64,000 nt of DNA from the human T2T-CHM13v2.0 reference genome, Homo sapiens, in assembly GCF_009914755.1 (NCBI RefSeq), contig NC_060929.1. The stretch is one strand, 5' to 3'. Shown here piece by piece: positions 54,076-64,000 of this stretch. The notes beneath the pieces are model-generated. The model was not told the DNA's origin and searched no databases. It saw nothing but the letters and a program-made list of their open reading frames with translations. A program made the translations under genes and the position numbers. Numbering within the stretch: the stretch's first letter is position 1; the number at the start of each line of letters is the position of its first letter.

Positions 54076-54193
54076 GGCTCGTCCAGCTCCGAGCGTGCGT
54101 AAGGTGAGGGCTCCTTCCGCTCCGCGACTGCGTTAACTGGAGCCAGGCTGAGCGTCGGCGCCGGGGTTCGGTGGCCTCTAGTGAGATCTGGAG
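54061..54193 (+). other. HMGCR: HMGCR canonical non-coding exon 1 (start approximate, multiple TSSs expected)
   Basis: ccttccgctccgcgactgcg...gagatctggag is followed by the donor gtgagg at 54194; recognised 5'UTR. Confidence 0.85.
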
Positions 54194-56194
54194 GTGAGGC
54201 GGGCGGTGACCGAGAAGAGGGGCAGGGGCGGCGGGGAGCGGGGCGGAGATGGGTGGGAGCGGGGTTTGGGCTGTGTTGGTGGCAATTCTGGAGCTTCCCT
54301 CGGCCCTGGGAAGTGGCTACCGGCAGCTCCTGCGGACCTGGAGGGGGCTGCGGTTGCGCTTTGTCGGTGTGGCAGCTCGGACCCGCGGGGACTGCAAGGA
54401 ATGTCCTTGAGGCCCGGCAGGCCGAGCGGCGGCCGGCATCAGTGCCGGAGTAACCCGGGGTCCCGGGGTGGGCTTGAGAGGCGGGCGGCGGTCTGGCCTC
54501 TTCGTGACTGCGGTCATCATCGGTGGACCCGCGGGGCGTAGCTGCGTTCATCGTCCCTGTTCAGTCAGAGTAGGCAGTGCTGGCTGCACGGTCACGAAAA
54601 TCGGGGCGGAAAGGGTGTCAGGCAGGGTGACCTCGGAGGCCCCTGGATTCGAGAAATGCTAGGGGTCTATGGGGCTGTCGGGCCGGCAGCTCGCAGGGCA
54701 GACGGGAGAAGCGCCTGCATCCCGGGATCCGGGCATTCACGCCCAGGAACTGCTGTTCGTTAGCACCTTTCTTTTAGGTGACGGGAAAGATCTCTGTAAA
54801 TACTGCTGACTAACTTAGAACCATGAAAGAACCGTGGATTGGTGTAGATGTGTCTGGTTATTTACAGGAGAACGGCTTGAGAGGATGCGGAGCCCAACGT
54901 GGGGATTCGCACAATGACTCAAAAGATTCTTCTCCCTCTTTTTTTTTTTTTTTTTTTGGTAAGGGGTGTAGTCTCCTTGGTGCTGATATTCTTTTAGGAA
55001 AAATGTACCTTGGAGATACAAATATAGAACAGTTAATTTCTGCAGTAGGAGGAGGTCGATGTACTCCATTCTTAAGTAGTCGTTTGAAATATTTCAGGAT
55101 TTGAGGATATTCCTTCTTAGACATGGTCCTGCAGAGTCGTAGGAAGCATTTGTTTCTGGGCTATACTAAATGTGCATGATTTCGGCGTCCCACAAGGTAG
55201 AGAATGTACTTTTTGTTTACTTATGAATTTATTTTCCTCTCCATGCAGTGAAAGGCATTTTGCAATTTAGAGATAATCTAGCAAAGACCTGGACAGTACT
55301 TTGGGGATAGGCTGGATTTTGCAGGCCTGCTTTGTTGTAGTGTTCTTCCAGAACTTATGATAAACTTGGTGGCCAAAACAAATGGGAATTAGTAACATGA
55401 AGGTTAAACAAAATTGCACATAGGTTACAGCATTAACATGAAAATTGTCGGGTATGTGGGATAACCATTTCAAGATAAGAGTGTGAGTATGCGTGCATGC
55501 ACACACTCTTTGTATTCCTTTATGGTCTAGTTTCTAGACTATAGATAGCCACATTATGGAATTACATGGTCTACTTAGGTTGACCCATGTGAAATTGCCA
55601 GTATTTAAAATTCAACTAACCTACAAAAATAGCAGTTTCATATGATTCCATTTAACACTTATCTTTGTCAGAGAACTTTGGAGCTCTAGCTTCATAAGTG
55701 AATGAAGAGAATAGATATGACTTAAAAAACAACATGTAATAGAATGTGAGCTAATTGGGTATAGAATCCAGATTTCCTGATTGCCAGTGCAAGATTCGTT
55801 TTTTTTTTTTTTTTTTTCCTTCTTTCTGGAATACCAGCTTGAGCAGCAGAATGCTAGATCTTGTTGGGATTGAAAATGACTGCCATATAAGACGCAGTTC
55901 TTGGCTTCAAAGAGACAAAATGTACACATTTATTAATTTGAGAACACTGTGAGATAGTATATAATCAAATACTGGAATGTGTAATGCAGGCGGAGTGCTG
56001 AGTAGGAGGAAGTAAGATGCCAAAACATCCTTTTCTGCAGTTGGCCATGGTAGGTGGCTTCTGTAGCAGATTGGATTGACATTTAAGAATTATCCATTCT
56101 TTTAAAGAATCTGTAAAAGTTTGCAGCATACTTTTTAGTCTGAATAAGTAAGGCATACCTTGCCTATTTGTTTCTTTAAGTAAAATTAATTTTT

Positions 56195-56528
<334 letters not shown>

Positions 56529-57348
56529 TCAACTTAATTTGCAGGAGCTATCCTGTAGCCTGCTTGTGACATTTGCAACTGCTGATGAAGGTGGACGATT
56601 GAATTCTATGGCATGTAAATGCTTTGCGTAATCACAGGGCAACGGGGAGGATGTTCCTGAGAAATGAGATTGTTTATAATTATGGTTACTTTTGACACAC
56701 CCTCATAAGATTGCTCAGTTTGTTTCCAAATAGGTGGAGTTCTCTGTGTTTAGGGGCGGCTGACAGAATCATGTGTAATTTTTTTCCTTGAATATTGCAA
56801 AGATGACTTTACACCTAGGAAAAAAAGTCCCAGAATTACAATGCCACCATAAAATCTTTTGAGGGAAAACATAATGTGTCTAATGTATAATTATGGGTTT
56901 ATGATGTTAAACCAATTTGTTCACAAGTTAGTGTTCCTTCTGGGTTGCAGCTAAGATTTTAACTCAAATGAATTAACTTTTTAAAACAATGAATCTGATT
57001 GACATAATGAGGAATAATCTGAGCTGAAGAGTTTTTTTTTCAGGGAAAGAGGGTTAGAAATAATTTTGACCTAATTTTGAAACATGTAGTTAATTTACTT
57101 TCTGGAACTTTGATGCTAATTGATCCTTTAGAACAGTTGGTAGAGTTGTGTTTTAAATGTAGGAAAGAAATTATGTGATAGAATACCATGATGAAAATCT
57201 AGCCTTTTAGTGAGTGAGTCTTTTGTTTATAATTAAGTAGAGTTCAAATCTAAGATTTGATTAAAGATTTCCAATACTTAAAAGTCCAAGTACCTGCTAA
57301 TTTAATAGAAAGTATTTTGTTGCTGTTGTTCATTTTCCAGGATAGTTC

Positions 57349-57582
57349 CAAGTTGACTGTCTCTAATCTGAAGATCTGAAATCCGAAATGCTCCAAAATC
57401 TGAAATTTCTTGAGCACCAACCTGACACTCAAAGAAAATGCTCATTGCAGCATTTGGAGTTTGGATTTTGGATTAGGGATGCTAAGCTAATAAATGTAAT
57501 GCAGATATTACAAAATTCAAAAACATCCAAAATCTGAAACGCTTCTGGTCCCAAGCATTTTGGATAAAGGATACTCAGCCTG
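57349..57582. mobile_element. Tigger4a/Zombi (TcMar) MITE
   Basis: caagttga...aaatccgaaatgctccaaaatctgaaa...ggataaaggatactcagcctg. Confidence 0.8.
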
Positions 57583-59498
57583 TATGTAAAATGTTTCTCC
57601 TTCCCGTACCCCATTAATAAGTTCCCTGAATGCTCTGCATTTAGCCTTAAACTAGAGGGCATGGGTTACATCCATATCTAGGTGCCTTAAAAAAAAGTCG
57701 TCTTTAGGTCTGTTTCAAGATGTGTCATAAAATACATGCTACTATAGCTTAAGAATTTAAGCCAGCATTTGTTGAGCAATGCTGTATATGAGTGCAAGGT
57801 GCTGGAGGGTAAATTGATGAATAAGACTCAGGGTGGAAGGTTGAAAAAGCATGAGTAAACACAGGCAGGTACATGCCACATTTATATTCCTTTAGGTACT
57901 GCCAGCTTTTTAAAACTGTGACCCACAGTAGGAAATACACGTTAATTTAAAAGCCAGACACACACTTATATAGGTATAGTTTCTTGAAACATAGTTTTAA
58001 GAAATAATACCTACCCATACTACCTGGCTTACCCAACAGCTATTTTTTATAATATTGTTTTCTATTTTATTTTATTTAAAAATGTTTGTTCTTAACGACA
58101 AAATTGATGTCATGATGTAATTGATGCAGTTGTTGTGGATCAACAGTTTGAAAACTGTTTAGCTAGTGGTGTGGTATGTCTGAAATGTAGAGAACATGGA
58201 GTGATGCAGTGAGAGATGACACTTGGTATTTGCTTTGGTTCCTTAAAGCTGCTCTTTTTTTTTTTTTTTGGTCTTTCCCCTAACCCTTTATAAATAGATT
58301 AATGCTTTCTTTCACTTACTTGATTGCCTTTTTATAGTCTGTCTTCAACAGATGAATCACTTTTATTTATTACTAAATGTGAGATTCATTTGAATTCTTG
58401 CTAGAGTGGCAGTTAATGAGCTTTTTAAATCTTTTTGGTTGATTTTTGCAGGTTACTAATATGCCTTATCACAGGCATTGATTTTAGTGAAAGAAGTAAG
58501 ACTTGCAGGTTTATTTGTGGAGACCAATGGTAATAGAAGATTTGTTTTCAAAATCAGAATGTCATAATTATTATTTAGCAAACAGGAAATTTAGTCATGG
58601 TAGTCAGTAAATCAAAATCTTCTATATGTTCTTTTGGGAATTTTTTTGAATGCTATATACAGATACTTCAGCCAGTCATCCTCTTCTAGTACTGTTCCAG
58701 CTTTTGATTAGTTGTGAAAGTTTGGAGCTTTTCACATCTAATGCTTTTCCATTGGTCTTCTAGCACTATTGTTGATGAATCTGCTAGAAGAAAAGCAGCC
58801 ACCACAGCAAAATTCTTAACCCTGTTTTATTAATGTAGAAACATCTATCAGAAAAGACTTTTTTTCTGTTGACAGCAATGTTAGGAAGGTTTATTAAACA
58901 TCCTTTTGCTAGTGACATTATGCCATATGTTCTATGGAATGAAAAAGTACAAGAGGTCCCTGCCCTTGAGGATCTTATCAACTAACATGATTTATAGCAG
59001 GACACTCAATAAGTGGATTCTTGGGTGTTTACCTTTTGTGTAATCAGAATGTAGATGATGAAGAAGATACTTAACATGCATTTTATATCTAGGTAATTAG
59101 AAAATGTGAATAGCTGTTTCTCACTTGTGTTTTCTGCTTGATTGCTCTTCTACTTGCAAGGCTTAGGTAATAAGGTCGAGATACTTATCTGGTTTGATCT
59201 TAAATGTTTGAATTCATATAATTTTTAAGAAATGGCTGCTTTAAAGTTGGTTGCCAGTAAGTAATAAAGGATTTATTGTTTGAGTGAAGAAGAAATAACA
59301 TAGTTCTCTTAATTTTATAATTATTTTCCAGAATTATAAGGAACAGTATCAAATAGTCATATGTATGGGACACTGTGCATACAAAGCAGGGTTTATAGCA
59401 CACTTTTCCTTAAAATCTTTTCCTAAAAATACAATGAGCTGTATACTAAGTGTTCACCCTTGATATTCCTTCCAGGATCCAAGGATTCTGTAGCTACA

Positions 59499-59663
59499 AT
59501 GTTGTCAAGACTTTTTCGAATGCATGGCCTCTTTGTGGCCTCCCATCCCTGGGAAGTCATAGTGGGGACAGTGACACTGACCATCTGCATGATGTCCATG
59601 AACATGTTTACTGGTAACAATAAGATCTGTGGTTGGAATTATGAATGTCCAAAGTTTGAAGAG
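59499..59663 (+). CDS. HMGCR: HMG-CoA reductase exon 2, aa 1-55 (exon begins 59476)
   Basis: [55 protein letters not shown]; acceptor ttccag, donor GAG|gttagt. Confidence 0.98.
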
Positions 59664-59926
59664 GTTAGTGAAGTTAATTTGATACTGACTAAAGTAAATT
59701 ACATTTTCAATTTTTGAAGAGCCCTTAAGCCCCTATAGGGAGCACATAATTTTTAAAAGTTAGAGTAAAATATTTATTTTAGTATTTTGGAACTTACCTC
59801 AAATTTCTGCTTACATGGAATGCACTGGAAATGCTCTTATTTTGCTTTGTCTTTACAAATGAATGTAATTGACTTTATTTGAGAAATACATCTTTTATAA
59901 GTGACTAATAGTCAAAAATGATTGTG

Positions 59927-60526
<600 letters not shown>

Positions 60527-60745
60527 TTGTGGTGATGTATTGGCTTACCACAGTGGTTTGATTAAAAGTTGGATTTAATTTTTGATTTGTAGGTTTGATA
60601 TTTTTATTGGACTTGTATTGTGCTTACATTTATGTTCTCATGACTATATAAATGAATTACACATGCAAAATAAAAATTCTTAGTTTTGATTACTTATTTT
60701 AAAAGTCAAAGCTAATGGAATTTCCTTTTCTTTCTCTCCTATTAG

Positions 60746-60857
60746 GATGTTTTGAGCAGTGACATTATAATTCTGACAATAACACGATGCATAGCCATCC
60801 TGTATATTTACTTCCAGTTCCAGAATTTACGTCAACTTGGATCAAAATATATTTTGG
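60746..60857 (+). CDS. HMGCR: HMGCR exon 3 (aa 56-93): YIYF Insig-binding motif (60803-60814) and K89
   Basis: [37 protein letters not shown](G); ag/gt boundaries; 112 nt. Confidence 0.98.
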
Positions 60858-61121
60858 GTAATAGTTTTACATATTTAACTTCTGGTGTCATCAGATTTTT
60901 GATTTGCTGTGGAAATAAACCTGTTCATTCAAATCATGTATTTGGAAATATGTGTATTGCTGAAAGTGTGCTGCATGCATTGAATAGTTTCCTTATTATT
61001 GGCAATTAGACATTCTGAAATTTGAGACCTTAATAATTTGGAGTAAACTAGTATTATCTCAGAATGCTGTGTGACACTGTTATTATTTGTGTAGTAAAGG
61101 ATAAAGTTTTTTTAGTATTGA

Positions 61122-61226
<105 letters not shown>

Positions 61227-61431
61227 TAAGTATTTAAAACCTAAATATACTTTCTGTCAAAATACATTTTAAAAAACTTTTCTTCCCCATGCTGTAAAGG
61301 TACATTTTCAAAAGTTAAGAAAATAAGGGGAAATTTTTTTGTATAATTTTACTATTAGCTAATTTTAATAACTATTAACATTTTGGCATATATCCTTTTC
61401 TACTGTTTTTATACTTAAAGAAAATATCTGA

Positions 61432-61805
<374 letters not shown>

Positions 61806-62437
61806 TAATGTTAAACTAAATTGTTTGTAATGGCTATATGTATTCTCTTCTGTCTAAACGTCTTGTAGTTTATTAATCATCTAATGTTGGACTGTTAGGT
61901 TATGTAATTTTTTTTATTAATAACAACACTGTGATGAATGTCTTTGTAACGAAATTTTTGTTCATATTTGTAATCATTTTCTTAAGATACATTCCTAGAA
62001 GTGAGACAGTGGTTTTGCTTTTTTTAGAGCTTTGCTTTTTTTTTTTTAAGAGCTTTTTAGTGCTATTATTGCCAATTTAGTTTACAGAAAGTTTGTTTAG
62101 TTTATCCTTCCACAGGTAGTGATCAATGAAAATTTTTATATATTCCACTTTTTTTCCCTAATGGTAATCCAAGGAGATATTTTTTACTAAGGATGATACT
62201 TTGATACAAAATTATCAAAAGGTGTTTAAATGTAAATATACTTACATTTTAACATTAAAAATATTTTTAACAAATATTTTGAGCAACTACTATGTTTAGC
62301 TTTGAGGATGCCAAAGAAATATAGGGTATACTTTTTTGTCTGCAGAAAGGTACACATACTACAGGATCATACAGTATGGAGGGGGAAAGGTTTTGTTCTA
62401 AAAAGAATTTTTTTAAAATCATACTTTTTCCCGTTAA

Positions 62438-62578
<141 letters not shown>

Positions 62579-62904
62579 TGAATAGTATTCCTTTTTTCAG
62601 TTTACATTAATAGGAAGGATTAATAGCGTTTCTTCATAGCACAAGATTTAAGAATTGCCCAAAGTTTTAAGTTTAATTCTCAAGTCCCAAGACTGGTCTC
62701 CATAAGTGCCCCAGGAACAGTCCCCTGTATCTAACAACTCAATTATGATTCTGTAGCTACTGGAATTTGGAATTGCCCCCATTTTTCTTTTTGAAAGTTT
62801 TCAGAACTTATGGTAATAATAATTTTTGGGTAAATAAGAGTATTTTCCTAGTGAAACACATCAGAGAGCAGAACAAGATCTAATGGAAGAGAAACCCAGG
62901 GTAG

Positions 62905-63930
<1,026 letters not shown>

Positions 63931-64000
63931 TTATATTACAATCATACTTTGTATCTTGAATACCTGTTAGTTTTATCATATTGTATATTTTACTCTTTGA

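Larger units (their letters stand above)
53480..54770. promoter_or_regulatory. HMGCR: CpG island spanning the HMGCR promoter and exon 1
   Basis: Dense CpG and high GC against AT-rich flanks. Confidence 0.92.

Noticed and set aside
53868-54551. 227-aa antisense ORF over the promoter
   Set aside because: Pro/Ala/Arg-rich with no recognisable domain; long stop-free frames are expected in a GC-rich CpG island.
56545-56590. Possible 46-nt cryptic exon in intron 1 (ttgcag ... aag|gtggac)
   Set aside because: Poor polypyrimidine tract and weak donor; not supportable without junction reads.
59460-59717. ORF-track ends extending HMGCR exon 2 (MIFLP... and ...VSEVNL)
   Set aside because: These are intronic read-through beyond the splice sites at 59476 and 59663.

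Overview
Primate, almost certainly human, genomic DNA: about 53 kb of repeat-dense intergenic sequence followed by the 5' end of HMGCR (HMG-CoA reductase) on the + strand. The HMGCR part includes the CpG-island promoter (SRE-like, CCAAT and CRE motifs), non-coding exon 1, an upstream alternative coding first exon (exon 1b) and coding exons 2-5 (aa 1-150, with the Insig-binding YIYF motif and K89). Upstream lie nested retroelements: an old L1 split by a MER4A provirus that contains a younger L1PA, which itself carries an LTR14-type solo LTR and an Alu. There is also a U3-less HERV-W fragment, MER21, MLT, LTR16, MER20, Tigger4, MIR, L2 and many Alus. I found no convincing wholly new biological system. 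The best leads are a sense LTR12C about 2 kb upstream whose internal ATG and candidate donor would join HMGCR exon 2 in frame, the probable L2 origin of exon 1b, a consensus-like AluYa5 in intron 1, and several rearrangement scars. Repeat family names come from recalled consensus sequences, not a database search, and repeat boundaries are approximate.
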